A DNA stretch of 64,000 nucleotides from a virus. Each line of letters starts with the position of its first letter. Positions within the stretch are counted from its first letter, which is position 1. The stretch lies in the IMG/VR virus record IMGVR_UViG_3300022391_000001, positions 32,001-96,000 of that record; one strand, written 5' to 3'. This document shows, in pieces, positions 46,492 to 56,453 of the stretch. Position numbers and translations under genes: made by a program. Under the pieces are notes generated by a model. That model searched no databases, was not told the origin of the DNA, and saw only the letters and a program-made list of their open reading frames with translations.

Positions 46492-47511
46492 CTATGCCCT
46501 AAGTGCACGATCTTGTTGATACCGATCAGCCAACTTTCTTTGGGCTGAGGCCAATGAAGCGGCCAAGCGAGCACTCCGCCCACCGGTGTAGCGCTCCGCC
46601 GACTCAACCGCCATCCTTGCTTGGTTCCTAGTTGCCGAACCAGGGTCAACCCCATCCGGCAGGCGAGCAATGTGGACCGATCCAAACCGACATGTGAGTT
46701 GTCGGGCCACGTCATAGGGCGCCGTCTGCTCTTCAGGGTCCAACATCACCGTGATTCCGGCGTCCACAGGCTTGGCCAACAACATTTCCAGCTGCTCTTT
46801 GTGAAGCACCTTGCCCATCAGGGCCAACGCCGGGATGCCGTGCTGCCATAACTTGATGGCGTCCAATGGCCCCTCAACCAATGCAACGTCGCCATCGAGC
46901 GGCGCGTGCTTCCACCCCAACAAAAGGCGCCCGTGGTTGGCGCCCGCTGGGTTCAGGTATTTCGGTTCCTGCTGGCCCGTCATGTCCCGAGCGGTGAAGC
47001 TCCGCCCGTTGGGACACTCGACAGGGATGATGAGACGGCACGCAAACCTGCCTGTGCGGGCCCAACCGAGCCCCCATTCACGTGCCGTCTCACGCGTCAC
47101 CCCTCGCTCCCGCAGATACACCGGCATCTTCCATTTCCCTGCTCTGAAGACTGGTATGAACTCGGATGGAAGCTCCGTGTTCTGCTGAACCTCGGGCTGC
47201 TCGCCCCCTCGCATTGCCAGCAAGCGCTGAAGCAACGTCTGCGGAGTCCCTTGCCGCCGGAATTGGACTGCCCGCCGGAGGATGTATTGGCGTGCCTCGT
47301 TGCGGGTGATCCCCTCGACACGCGCAATCAATCCAACCAGCCAGCGTCCCCGCTCCTGGCACTTGAAGCAGATGTAGTGGCCCTCCTCAGCGTCCACGTA
47401 GAATCGGCCATCCTTGCCGCACCAAGGGCACCGCCCCACATACTGATTGGACCCGTTGAGCCTGGCGCCCTCGATGTGACTCTGACACCATTCTTTGACG
47501 TCAAACTGCAT
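46492..47511 (-). CDS. dnaG: DNA primase (zinc finger plus Toprim)
   Basis: CPWC...CFKC, YLRERG, PKYLNP, LVEGPLDA, MLD, DPG. Confidence 0.9.
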   Translation of the reverse strand: MQFDVKEWCQSHIEGARLNGSNQYVGRCPWCGKDGRFYVDAEEGHYICFKCQERGRWLVGLIARVEGITRNEARQYILRRAVQFRRQGTPQTLLQRLLAMRGGEQPEVQQNTELPSEFIPVFRAGKWKMPVYLRERGVTRETAREWGLGWARTGRFACRLIIPVECPNGRSFTARDMTGQQEPKYLNPAGANHGRLLLGWKHAPLDGDVALVEGPLDAIKLWQHGIPALALMGKVLHKEQLEMLLAKPVDAGITVMLDPEEQTAPYDVARQLTCRFGSVHIARLPDGVDPGSATRNQARMAVESAERYTGGRSARLAASLASAQRKLADRYQQDRALRA

Positions 47512-48134
47512 CAGCTGATCTTCGCTTGGACGGCTCTCACCGCTTCCATGATCGCCTTGTGGACCTGGCCAACTTCCGCGTCTGCATTGACGATCGGCCA
47601 AGTTTGCTTGCCGTGGATCTCCTGCTCCGCCATCCGCTTCCAGAACCACCGATAACGCTTCACCACCTTCTCCATCAACCCCGGTTGCTGCTCGTATCGG
47701 TCCCTACGCTCCGGCCGTCGCTCCGCTGAAACAGAGGGCTCCGCATCCAACAGAATATGGATATCGGCCTTGGGCAGATAAGCGTGCATGACCACGAGTT
47801 GACGGGAGTCCAATCCATCCTCCGCCCCATAGACCACGCCGGAGGGCCACCACCGATCGGCGACCGCATTGACCATCATCTTCTTGGTCCAAGCGATCGT
47901 GTCCGCGTGCTCCATCTGATTGGCGAGCTGAAGCGCCTGGAACACCAGTGCGTTGGTCATCCCGTCGGCGTCGGGCTCCGCCCTCCACTCCCGATTCAGA
48001 TGCGCATAGATCAGCTTCCCCACTGGCGTCTCAACATCCGGAAACTTGAACAGCTTTGCGTTCATCCGCTTCTTCAGCAGCTCCGCCTGCGTGGACTTCC
48101 CACAAGCGTCAATCCCTTCCAGCACCACAAACAT
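47511..48134 (-). CDS. tmk: thymidylate kinase
   Basis: FVVLEGIDACGKSTQ, KFP, ADRW..SGVVY, DRYE. Confidence 0.9.
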   Translation of the reverse strand: MFVVLEGIDACGKSTQAELLKKRMNAKLFKFPDVETPVGKLIYAHLNREWRAEPDADGMTNALVFQALQLANQMEHADTIAWTKKMMVNAVADRWWPSGVVYGAEDGLDSRQLVVMHAYLPKADIHILLDAEPSVSAERRPERRDRYEQQPGLMEKVVKRYRWFWKRMAEQEIHGKQTWPIVNADAEVGQVHKAIMEAVRAVQAKIS

Positions 48135-48406
48135 CACTTGCTCCTGTTGATCGGAACGGAGCCTGTAGCCCAAAATCTGTATCGCGCATAGTCGCCCGGC
48201 CGGTCCTTGAACGCCAACAGCACTTCCGACGGATAGCGCTGCCACCGGTCCCGCTCTGACCCATGCATCCCGCTGGTCTTTGCGTACAAAAGCCCCTTCA
48301 GCTCCACTTGCTCCAACGTCAAGTGGGACTTCTCGCAATCATCCGCCGCTTCTCGGCGGCTGTAATGTGTCTCACAGACGTTGCAGATCCACGCTTCTTT
48401 GGGCAT
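48134..48406 (-). CDS. hypothetical protein (C2HC-like finger)
   Basis: WICNVC...A..CEKSH. Confidence 0.55.
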   Translation of the reverse strand: MPKEAWICNVCETHYSRREAADDCEKSHLTLEQVELKGLLYAKTSGMHGSERDRWQRYPSEVLLAFKDRPGDYARYRFWATGSVPINRSK

Positions 48407-49118
48407 CGCGCAACCCCGTTATTCGCTGGATGGATGTCTTGATGGCTTGGCCCGAAGTGTCAATGCCGATGTAGTCCCGCTCGTTGTTCAGAGCGGCAAT
48501 CCCCGTTGTACTGGAACCGCAGAAGGGGTCCAACACCACTTGGCCCGGCTTGGTTGAATTCAGCACCAGAGCTTCGCACAGCCCAACGGGCTTCTCAGCC
48601 GGATAGCCCCGGTGAATCCGAGCGTAGCGCAGGACATCCCGCTGTCTCAAGTCGTTGAGCCGCCGCTTGCCCTTCTCCAAGAAGACGATGAACTCATACT
48701 GGCATCGCCAGTGGTAGCCCATCCCTATCTTCATCTTATCCCACACCAGACGCTTCCACCACTTGAACTTCATCTTGTCCACGATCGGCCGGAGAACATC
48801 GCTGGTCTCGTCATCGCAGAAGATGTACAGGTGCGAGTTGGGCTTCATCACCCGCCAGCACTGTATCAAGAACGGCAAGAAGCGCTCGTTGGGGAATACC
48901 GTGAACCAATCGTTGCTGCTCTTGGCCGAGTGCTTCAGCCGCGTCGTGCTCCCCACCGCCCGGTGTTTCTCGATGGACTCATATGGAGGGTCTGTAATGA
49001 TACAGTCCACCGAGCCCTCCACCAAGTTCTGCATCACCTCGATGGCATCGCCCTGGAACACGGACCAGCCCGGTCCACCCTGCCCTCTGTACTTGATTCT
49101 GAACATGTCAGGCTCCAT
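48372..49118 (-). CDS. DNA N6-adenine/N4-cytosine methyltransferase (beta class)
   Basis: ITDPPY preceding PAEKP and LDPFCGS.TTG. Confidence 0.9.
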   Translation of the reverse strand: MEPDMFRIKYRGQGGPGWSVFQGDAIEVMQNLVEGSVDCIITDPPYESIEKHRAVGSTTRLKHSAKSSNDWFTVFPNERFLPFLIQCWRVMKPNSHLYIFCDDETSDVLRPIVDKMKFKWWKRLVWDKMKIGMGYHWRCQYEFIVFLEKGKRRLNDLRQRDVLRYARIHRGYPAEKPVGLCEALVLNSTKPGQVVLDPFCGSSTTGIAALNNERDYIGIDTSGQAIKTSIQRITGLRDAQRSVDLQRL

Positions 49119-49310
49119 ATGGGATCCTATCACCCAACTTCCGCGCCAGCTTCCAGCCCTTCAAAGTCAGCTTGTATCGCTTCAGCGTCGGGCGCACCCG
49201 CTTCGCCAGCCCTGCTTCTTGCAGCAGCCGGAGATCATCGTCATAGACTCCTGATGCTTCTATCACCCCAAAATTCTTGGATGCCTTGGAGATCATCCAT
49301 GAAATCCTGT

Positions 49311-49571
49311 TCATGTCCCCGTCTTGCAATTTCTCCCCCGTGCGTCATCTCTGTTCTTCACATCCCAACGCCAAGAATTCAGATTGGCGCAACACCCTTC
49401 GCTGATGTACAATTCATAGCGCCATTCAGCCGCTTGCTGGCACACGTATCGCCCTCGCTCTTCATCCCACGCCAACGCCGGGCAGTCCAAGAGCCCCCAC
49501 TTGGCCAATGACAAGGGGCACGGGACTTTGATGCAGCACCATCCGCAACCGACACAAGGATGGGTCTTCAC
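49311..49571 (-). CDS. YkgJ-like cysteine-cluster protein
   Basis: CVGCGWCC...PC...CPAL...C...GCC. Confidence 0.6.
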   Translation of the reverse strand: MKTHPCVGCGWCCIKVPCPLSLAKWGLLDCPALAWDEERGRYVCQQAAEWRYELYISEGCCANLNSWRWDVKNRDDARGRNCKTGT

Positions 49572-50956
49572 GCTTCTCGCTCCTGCTCCGCTTCAGCGAT
49601 GTACATGCGCGTGAACTCCGCTTCCAACGGGAATGTGATGTCACCTTTGCCGTCCCGGTATTTGGCCAGATACAGCTCCATGTGCTTTGTGTCGGGCTTC
49701 AGCGGTCCCTCCGTCGGCGCTGCCTCTTCACCGTCGTCATCGTCTATGGACACCCGCGTTGAGCGGGTGCGCTTCTCGGGCGTGTTCAGGGTTATGACCA
49801 GGTCAGCGATGCGCGCCTTGTCGTAGGACTCGGCGGTTGCCTCTGCCTTGGCGATCTTGTCCTTCCACTCCTTGCCCGCCTGCGTGGAAGTCCACACACC
49901 GTAGCCCTCGCCAGCGAGCCCGGCGATGTCCCAGTACACCTCCGCCTGCTGGAGCCTATGTGACTCAAACCGCCCCACGCCGCGCATGTGATCGGCGGAG
50001 TCCAAGATGATCACCTTGGGGTGAAAGTCGTGCTCCGTCCGCAGATCATCCAACGCGGCGCGCACGGTGTTGATATCACACCGGCGAAGCGGCATCTCAA
50101 CGATATGGAGCAACCCCTCAAACTGCTTCAGCGCCTTGCCCTGCTTTGCCTCCAGCTGGCGAAGCTCCGAAGGTTTGAAGTCATATTCCTTGAACTTCTT
50201 GTATTCCATACGTGACCAGCGGGAGTCCATCCGCTGAGCAATCTGGAACAAAGGCATCTCAAGGCTGAAATACACCGTGGGATAGCCCCGGGCGATGGCG
50301 TTGTAGGTGAGGTTGCTCAGGACGATGGACTTGCCCACGCCCGTCGTTGCGACCACCAGACCTAGCTCGCACAGCTCCAGCCCTCCACTCAGGATCCGGT
50401 CCAGTCGCTTGAACCCGGTTGGGATGCGTGTCCACTCTTCAGGGTGCTCCCGGCGACGCTTCCGCTCCATCTGCCGGTGCTGAAAGTCCGAGATCCACTC
50501 AATGCTGTTGTAGTCCCGTGGCTTGAGCTCCCGGTCCACCGCCGACCGCAACGCCTTGTACACATCATCCACTTGGCCCTTCTCCAGCGACCTTGCCGCT
50601 GCTTCCATGGCCAGTTGGGCGTTGACCGTGCGGACAAACTCCGAGAGTTGATCCAGCGATGCCAAAGCCGCCTTGGGCTGGCGCCGAATGAGCTTGCGCA
50701 CCAACTCCAGGTGAACCGCTCGCTCCCCATCCTCACGGAAGTCCACCCGCGCCCGAGCGATCAAGTGCGCGGCGGTGGTCTGCTCCCGGTATTTGGTCCA
50801 GATCTCATAGATCCCCTTCCACACCCATGCGTGCTGCGGAGTGTTGAAATGGTGCTCCGCCACCAACCGCGCTGCCCGTTTCAAATAGTCTTTGTCACGC
50901 AGCGCGCGACAAAGGATGTCCTCTTCAAACTCCTGATCCAGAATCAGGTTTGTCAT
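49568..50956 (-). CDS. dnaB: DnaB-like replicative helicase
   Basis: IPTGFKRLD, TGVGKS, YFSLEM, ILDSAD, TSTQ, LAKYRDG. Confidence 0.92.
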   Translation of the reverse strand: MTNLILDQEFEEDILCRALRDKDYLKRAARLVAEHHFNTPQHAWVWKGIYEIWTKYREQTTAAHLIARARVDFREDGERAVHLELVRKLIRRQPKAALASLDQLSEFVRTVNAQLAMEAAARSLEKGQVDDVYKALRSAVDRELKPRDYNSIEWISDFQHRQMERKRRREHPEEWTRIPTGFKRLDRILSGGLELCELGLVVATTGVGKSIVLSNLTYNAIARGYPTVYFSLEMPLFQIAQRMDSRWSRMEYKKFKEYDFKPSELRQLEAKQGKALKQFEGLLHIVEMPLRRCDINTVRAALDDLRTEHDFHPKVIILDSADHMRGVGRFESHRLQQAEVYWDIAGLAGEGYGVWTSTQAGKEWKDKIAKAEATAESYDKARIADLVITLNTPEKRTRSTRVSIDDDDGEEAAPTEGPLKPDTKHMELYLAKYRDGKGDITFPLEAEFTRMYIAEAEQEREA

Positions 50957-51665
50957 ATCCCATCTCGCGCACCATCTCGGCGCCTTGGTTGCGGCGATAA
51001 TCCCCAGGCTCCATACAGACTGTGTAGAACCTCCCCTGTAGCATCGACTTGACCGTTGGCCCGTATGCTTGATGCAGATGTTGCAATGACAAATTGGTGG
51101 CGAAGATCACCGGCATTGAATCATCAAGTCGCTCCTTGAACACTCGTTCCAACTGAGCGTCCATATACCGATTGGACGCCTTCACCCGCTCCTTGCCCAG
51201 CTCATCGATCACGACAAAGTCAGAGGTCAGCATCAGAGACAGCCTACGTTGCCGCTCTGCGTCGTTGAAACCTGCCTTGATGTCTAGGTCCAGCTGTGGC
51301 ATCGTCGTGTAGTACGCGGTGAACGAGGCACGCAGAGCACACACGATCACGTATGAGCAGAACATCGTCTTGCCGGTCCCGTTGTCCCCGGTCAGCAGCA
51401 GACCATACCCATGCTTCAACGCCCGACGGAAGTTGGCCACATACCGGCGGATCACGAGGTCAAACGCCTGCCGATTGTGTTTGACCTGATCATCCTTCAC
51501 ATACCAGAATTGCCTGGGCACGCAGGATTCATATGCTTCCAGAGCGTATTCAAACTGCTCCCGGCACGAACATCGCCTGCCCCGTCCCTCGCACTTCCGG
51601 CACAAAATGACGTGCCGGAAATAGGCTCGGGCTCTGAATTCTTCCACCTCCGCCTCAGTCCTCAT
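50925..51665 (-). CDS. DnaC/IstB-like helicase loader ATPase
   Basis: CRKC.G...CSC, GDNGTGKT, VIDELGKE, ATNL. Confidence 0.88.
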   Translation of the reverse strand: MRTEAEVEEFRARAYFRHVILCRKCEGRGRRCSCREQFEYALEAYESCVPRQFWYVKDDQVKHNRQAFDLVIRRYVANFRRALKHGYGLLLTGDNGTGKTMFCSYVIVCALRASFTAYYTTMPQLDLDIKAGFNDAERQRRLSLMLTSDFVVIDELGKERVKASNRYMDAQLERVFKERLDDSMPVIFATNLSLQHLHQAYGPTVKSMLQGRFYTVCMEPGDYRRNQGAEMVREMGYDKPDSGSGV

Positions 51666-53520
51666 GATACATATTCTCCGCCGCCCACTGCACCCAAACG
51701 TCGTGCTTGCCCACGAACACGACTGCGCCTGCCCCTCGGGACATGGCGGCACTCTGGACAGACATCAAGTAGCGATCTGAAACCCCGCTGATGTCAAAGC
51801 CCGCTGACTCCAACCCCGGTCGGAGTCGAGGGTCCAACTTGGTCACATCGCCATAAGAATGGCGATTGGACGCGCCCTCTGCGCCGGCCTTGAAGTCCCC
51901 GGCTCGCCATTGACGCCCCTTCTCGCTCGTCACCTCCATCGCCTGGCACGCCACCCGGTCCACGTTGGTCGGCGAAGTCAAGAATGTGATCGGGGGCACA
52001 CGAAGCTTCGCGTCAGCGAAGTGCTTGATCTGCACGTGCCAGTATTCCAGCACCTGGCGTGGCGTCACGGAATACTGGAGACAGAGGATGGCCGCCGCGA
52101 TGGCGTGTTTTTTCTCCTTGGCGTTGAACTCATAGTTGACCACCCGTCCCGTCTCACGCTGGTCCATCCGGCGATATCGGCTGTAGATGCGGGCATACTC
52201 GTCACCCAGCTTGCTGACCAGCTCCCGCCGCTTCGGGTTTTGGGGCGACAGCCTCAGCGTCTCCAGCATCTCAACCCGTTGCGCATCGGAGGGCTCGAAT
52301 GTGACCTGTGGACGCCCCCTCTGGTCCAACTTGGTCCAGTCAATCGGTTGCTTCGCCGCCGCCGCTTCCGCCACACGCTGGGCTGAGGCTGCCTTGCGCT
52401 TCCCCGCCTGCTTCTCGGCGCCTGCTCGCATCGCCGACATGTCCACGCCAGTCTTCTTTGGCGTGGGTGGCGTGGGTGCTTTTGCACTTCCTGATACTTT
52501 ACGCCTAGTTATAGCCTGCCCCCCCTTATCCGATAGGGATCTAGGGGTTAAGGATCTAGGGGTTAAGGATCTAGGGGTTAAGGATCTAGGAATAGGATCT
52601 AAGGATCTAGGTTCTAAACTACTAGCCACTTCTGCGAAACGATGGGTGGAATTAGAACAATCGCTGGGGACTCTCACATGATTCTTGTCTTTCTTGGTGT
52701 TTTTCGCCATAGGGGTCTTTTCGCTCGATGATGCTGTTCTTGTCCGGTCTTGTGCGCTTCGCGCACATGCAGATTCTGTCGAATCTGCTTGTTCTTCATA
52801 GGGTTTTTGATTTGTGCTATCCTTCTTGAGTGCTTCGATGAAACAACGAACAGCAGAACTGCCACAATATATTGGGTTGCCTAAGGGGTCATGATAGGAC
52901 ATTAAACCAAGATTCAGCTTCCCAAGCGGGATTTTCAGTGAGTGGCCGGTGTTTTGATCAAAAAACCTTATATTTCCATCATCTATGCCATGAAGTGCAG
53001 CCGATTTGCTAGTGGATTTTCCACCCATCCCGTCGTTCCCAGCCGGTGGAGAGTCGTTTTTAACCGATGGCACCAGCTTCCCGCCCGTGAGATTCATCCG
53101 AACGTCTGGTGGGATGTCCTCTGCTCGGGCGAAGTCTATGTCATCTTCACGCAACAAATCGTCCGCAGCCAAGACGCCGATGTTGGAATCAGGGATCAGA
53201 TGGCGGGTGAGCTTCACGAGCCGGTTGGGCCCAGAGATGAGGGCTCGCTTCAGGATCTTGACGACAGTGGGGACTCCGATTGCCTCACGGTAGATCTCGA
53301 TGTATCCCTTGTCGTGAAGCTCCTTGAGGATGACCGACGCTCGCCCCTCGGACAACCCCAAGATCTCGGCCACCTCTGGACGCCCACGAGACAACTCCGA
53401 GTCCGAAGCCACCTGGAAGCGCATCCAGGCTGAGAACCCTTCTTGCGACAGCTCCAGGTAGGCTTGTTGGATGGTGGCGTGGCCCTTGGCAAAGATGTTG
53501 GGATCAGGCTCTTTAACCAT
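51655..53520 (-). CDS. putative replication initiator (N-terminal wHTH)
   Basis: EVAEILGLSEGRASVILKELHDKGYI HTH; directly upstream of loader and helicase; internal AT-richer repeat tract. Confidence 0.72.
   Translation of the reverse strand: MVKEPDPNIFAKGHATIQQAYLELSQEGFSAWMRFQVASDSELSRGRPEVAEILGLSEGRASVILKELHDKGYIEIYREAIGVPTVVKILKRALISGPNRLVKLTRHLIPDSNIGVLAADDLLREDDIDFARAEDIPPDVRMNLTGGKLVPSVKNDSPPAGNDGMGGKSTSKSAALHGIDDGNIRFFDQNTGHSLKIPLGKLNLGLMSYHDPLGNPIYCGSSAVRCFIEALKKDSTNQKPYEEQADSTESACARSAQDRTRTASSSEKTPMAKNTKKDKNHVRVPSDCSNSTHRFAEVASSLEPRSLDPIPRSLTPRSLTPRSLTPRSLSDKGGQAITRRKVSGSAKAPTPPTPKKTGVDMSAMRAGAEKQAGKRKAASAQRVAEAAAAKQPIDWTKLDQRGRPQVTFEPSDAQRVEMLETLRLSPQNPKRRELVSKLGDEYARIYSRYRRMDQRETGRVVNYEFNAKEKKHAIAAAILCLQYSVTPRQVLEYWHVQIKHFADAKLRVPPITFLTSPTNVDRVACQAMEVTSEKGRQWRAGDFKAGAEGASNRHSYGDVTKLDPRLRPGLESAGFDISGVSDRYLMSVQSAAMSRGAGAVVFVGKHDVWVQWAAENMYHED
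52537..52612. repeat. 15-bp direct repeats GGATCTAGGGGTTAA x3 plus partial GGATCTA copies (candidate iterons)
   Basis: seen directly; encodes (PRSLT)n. Confidence 0.85.
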
Positions 53521-53534
53521 TCTATGTGCCCCCG

Positions 53535-53612
53535 AAAAAAAGCCCGGCGGCACGCACGTTGATCCTACAGGACGTACAGGACGCACGCCCACAACGTGAA
53601 CGCCGCTCGGGC
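53535..53612 (-). terminator. long hairpin plus U7 in the initiator leader
   Basis: GCCCG.GCGGC..CACGTTG ... CAACGTG..GCCGCCGGGC followed by TTTTTTT on the minus strand. Confidence 0.6.
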
Positions 53613-53704
53613 AACTTCAATTCTAGCCGACAAAACAACAGTAGGATTTGTCGCCGGGAGTCTCTATCGCTGATGCTGCACTGAAAGTCGAGTCCTTTTA
53701 TTGC

Positions 53705-55123
53705 CTACTCGACCACTCGGATATTGAAGGCAGGCTCCGCCCGGTAGGACGCCAGACGCTCCGCCGAATGGCCAGCAAAGTATGGGTTTGTGGTGTCCAT
53801 GAAGTCAATAAATATGGCCTCTGTTTTGCCGGCGTGCGGCGTCATATTTCGCATCCGCTGGACGCTCGCCTTCATGTCGCGGCCACCCTCCGCGTTGATA
53901 ACCACTTCAACTTCAGGGATGTCGATGCCTTCACCAAAAACGGTCCCGATCAGGATCGGACACGATCGGGAAGTGAACGCCTCGACATTCTCCGCCCTGG
54001 TCTCGGAGCGGTCCTTGCCGGTGACCGCTCGATGGTCCAACCCGGCGGCGGTCATCTTCTCGGCGAGGTCCCGGATCTGGTTCAGCCGATTGCTCACGAT
54101 CAGCACAGACAGCCCTTCTCGGACCTTCGCCGCCGCCAGCTCCACTATCTTGCGGTTGCGCCAATCGTTCATGTAGATCAATTTGTCCCGAAGCTCTTGG
54201 GACCACTTCCAATCCTTGAACCCTTGGGGCTCATTGCAGCGATGCAGCTCCACGTTCTGGCGCATCAGATAGCCCGCTTCAATCAGCCGCGTCGTGGACA
54301 CGTCAATCCGGATCTCGCCACAACAGCCGCGAAGCCAGATCACCCCTCGCTCCTGCTCCCGCTTGGAGTCGAAATACACAGTGGCGCTGAGGCCCACCCT
54401 GTAGCACGCTCCGAGGTCCATCACGACCTTGTGCCAGACATCCCCTCGGAGGTGGTGGGACTCATCGAAGATCACCAGGTCATAAGTCTTGGCCACGTGC
54501 CTGTATCGTGGTTCCCCTCGGACCTTGCTCAGCGTCTGGACGGTCGCCACCGTAACGCATTTTTCATCCCAATGTGAATCGCCTATCCTGCCAACGTTGA
54601 AACACAGTGCCTCGCTCAACGAGGCGTGCGTCTGGTGGAGAAGCATCTGGGACGGCACGATGAAAAGGGTCTGCTTGCCCAGCCGGTGGATCAGCCCCGC
54701 CGCTGTCTTTGTCTTGCCGGAGCGGATAGGCATCTTCAAGATGCCGAGCCCGGTCTCAACCCCGGGCTCCGTGATCGCTTCGATGGCCTCCATCTGGTAG
54801 TCACGGAGCTTGATCCCGTCATTCCACTCATACCGGACATCGTGGGCCGATGGTCGGCGCTGATTGTCCAACCGGTAGGGGACCTCCATGTCATCGAACG
54901 TGAGCAGGACGGTGCGCAGGAGCCCGATGGGGACTGAATAGCCTCGCTGCGCGTGGTAGGTCATCAGGTGCTCTCGCCCGTCCCAACGTCCGTTGCGGAA
55001 TGACGGCGCGAAGCGATGACCTGCGACTGGATAGCTGGTGGCCCTGCTCAACGTCCGGATGATCTGGCGCGAAGCTCCGTTGATGAGCAGGTGACGGTTT
55101 GTTGCTGTTAGCTCGATGACCAT
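53705..55123 (-). CDS. SF2 (DEAD/DEAH-like) helicase
   Basis: LRDYQ, RSGKT, IFDESH, LSAT, EGIDIP, QRMR. Confidence 0.92.
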   Translation of the reverse strand: MVIELTATNRHLLINGASRQIIRTLSRATSYPVAGHRFAPSFRNGRWDGREHLMTYHAQRGYSVPIGLLRTVLLTFDDMEVPYRLDNQRRPSAHDVRYEWNDGIKLRDYQMEAIEAITEPGVETGLGILKMPIRSGKTKTAAGLIHRLGKQTLFIVPSQMLLHQTHASLSEALCFNVGRIGDSHWDEKCVTVATVQTLSKVRGEPRYRHVAKTYDLVIFDESHHLRGDVWHKVVMDLGACYRVGLSATVYFDSKREQERGVIWLRGCCGEIRIDVSTTRLIEAGYLMRQNVELHRCNEPQGFKDWKWSQELRDKLIYMNDWRNRKIVELAAAKVREGLSVLIVSNRLNQIRDLAEKMTAAGLDHRAVTGKDRSETRAENVEAFTSRSCPILIGTVFGEGIDIPEVEVVINAEGGRDMKASVQRMRNMTPHAGKTEAIFIDFMDTTNPYFAGHSAERLASYRAEPAFNIRVVE

Positions 55124-55169
55124 GCTCGGCGTATACTGCGCCCGAGCAAGAGACGATGAGTCATATCGT

Positions 55170-55385
55170 TCAGGTTCCTGTTGCCGCCGCTGCTGTCTTC
55201 ACGCGTTGTAGGGCTCGGAGCCTATCCTTGAGTTCATGTAGGCGTTGGATGCTTTCGTCCAATGTGTCCAAACGTCTTTGTCGTTGGAGGTCTGCACGGC
55301 GGATCATACACACCCGTCGTTTGTCCAACACCGCTTCCAGATCCCTGTTGTGATCCTTTTCAGCCCACTCGCAGCACCCCTTCAT
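55170..55385 (-). CDS. hypothetical protein
   Basis: 71-aa ORF with GGAGG RBS. Confidence 0.45.
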   Translation of the reverse strand: MKGCCEWAEKDHNRDLEAVLDKRRVCMIRRADLQRQRRLDTLDESIQRLHELKDRLRALQRVKTAAAATGT

Positions 55386-55398
55386 GGCTTCGCCCTCC

Positions 55399-55614
55399 TC
55401 AACGGTGTAGATCCGACAACCCCTTCAGCGTATCATTCAGCGCTTCTGTGATCTCTTGGTACTTTTTGGCATCACTCTCTGATTTCTCGATGAGCCTAAG
55501 ATACAACGCCTCCACCTGTTTGTCCTTCTTGATCACCGCATATGTCAGGGCTGCTACGCAGATGCCCAACACCCCATACTCGGAAATGGCCGACAACAGC
55601 TGGGTGAAGCTCAT
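55399..55614 (-). CDS. single-TM holin-like protein
   Basis: EYGVLGICVAALTYAVI TM followed by a coiled coil; in the lysis cassette. Confidence 0.55.
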   Translation of the reverse strand: MSFTQLLSAISEYGVLGICVAALTYAVIKKDKQVEALYLRLIEKSESDAKKYQEITEALNDTLKGLSDLHR

Positions 55615-55949
55615 TGGGCATTCACGATGATAACGCCCATCTGGATTGCTAGGCTAGTGACCAGGACTCCGACGCCAAAGCCCACCCACCGCTGGAAGCC
55701 CGATTGCTCATACCACTTCGGGTCCCTCATTCTGCGGTCCAATTGGCTCTCCAGCCGCTCGATGTATCGGGCGTCAATCATCTTCTGCTGCTCCGCTTGA
55801 TCCGCCTTCACCTCCGCCAACAGTAGTGCGGCGAAGCGGTCATCTTGGAGCAGGACGCCGCTGAAGGGCGCTGGCGTGTCTTCTCGGAGGGCCACGGCGT
55901 CGCCTGCGGTGGCGGTCAGCATCACAGCGAGGATGGCCGCGTGGATCAC
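55611..55949 (-). CDS. exported protein with C-terminal TM (lysis accessory?)
   Basis: signal-like N-terminus, PAPFSGVLL, coiled coil, WVGFGVGVLV TM. Confidence 0.55.
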   Translation of the reverse strand: MIHAAILAVMLTATAGDAVALREDTPAPFSGVLLQDDRFAALLLAEVKADQAEQQKMIDARYIERLESQLDRRMRDPKWYEQSGFQRWVGFGVGVLVTSLAIQMGVIIVNAQ

Positions 55950-56233
55950 GTCCCCCTCCTGTTGTTGAACTCAACCAAGCGTCGGCGCCGCTCATCAGGG
56001 TCCGAGATCTCCTGGATGTCCTCCAGCTCCAACACCCGCGATTCCATCTTGAGCTTGAGCAATTCATGCTCGCGTTCCCGTCGGTCCCGATTCATTTGAG
56101 CCCTGTATTGAAGCCGCTCTGCTTCAGGACTGTGCGGGAGCAGACGGAGCACGAGACAGATGGCGGCGGCGATGACAACCAATAGCCACAGCCAGTATCG
56201 GCGGAGCCAATCGCAAATGTCGTTAGCCATCAC
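55946..56233 (-). CDS. N-terminal TM plus coiled coil (i-spanin-like)
   Basis: WLWLLVVIAAAICLVL TM followed by a charged helix. Confidence 0.5.
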   Translation of the reverse strand: MMANDICDWLRRYWLWLLVVIAAAICLVLRLLPHSPEAERLQYRAQMNRDRREREHELLKLKMESRVLELEDIQEISDPDERRRRLVEFNNRRGT

Positions 56234-56442
56234 GGCACCTTCTCGTTGGCCTTGATTTTAGCCATCTCCCGGCGCCACACACGTTCAAGTGAGTGACCAA
56301 AGTCGGGCTTGTTTACCTTGTGGACCTGATCAAACCTCTGCTTGCCCCCTTCATCTGCCACATCATACACAAACTTGATCGTGTCCGGTGTACCTTCCGG
56401 ATCTCCAGACACAATCATCTGTGCGTATTCCAGCCGCCTCAT
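56230..56442 (-). CDS. hypothetical protein
   Basis: 70-aa coupled ORF. Confidence 0.5.
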   Translation of the reverse strand: MRRLEYAQMIVSGDPEGTPDTIKFVYDVADEGGKQRFDQVHKVNKPDFGHSLERVWRREMAKIKANEKVP

Positions 56443-56453
56443 GGGAGTCCACC

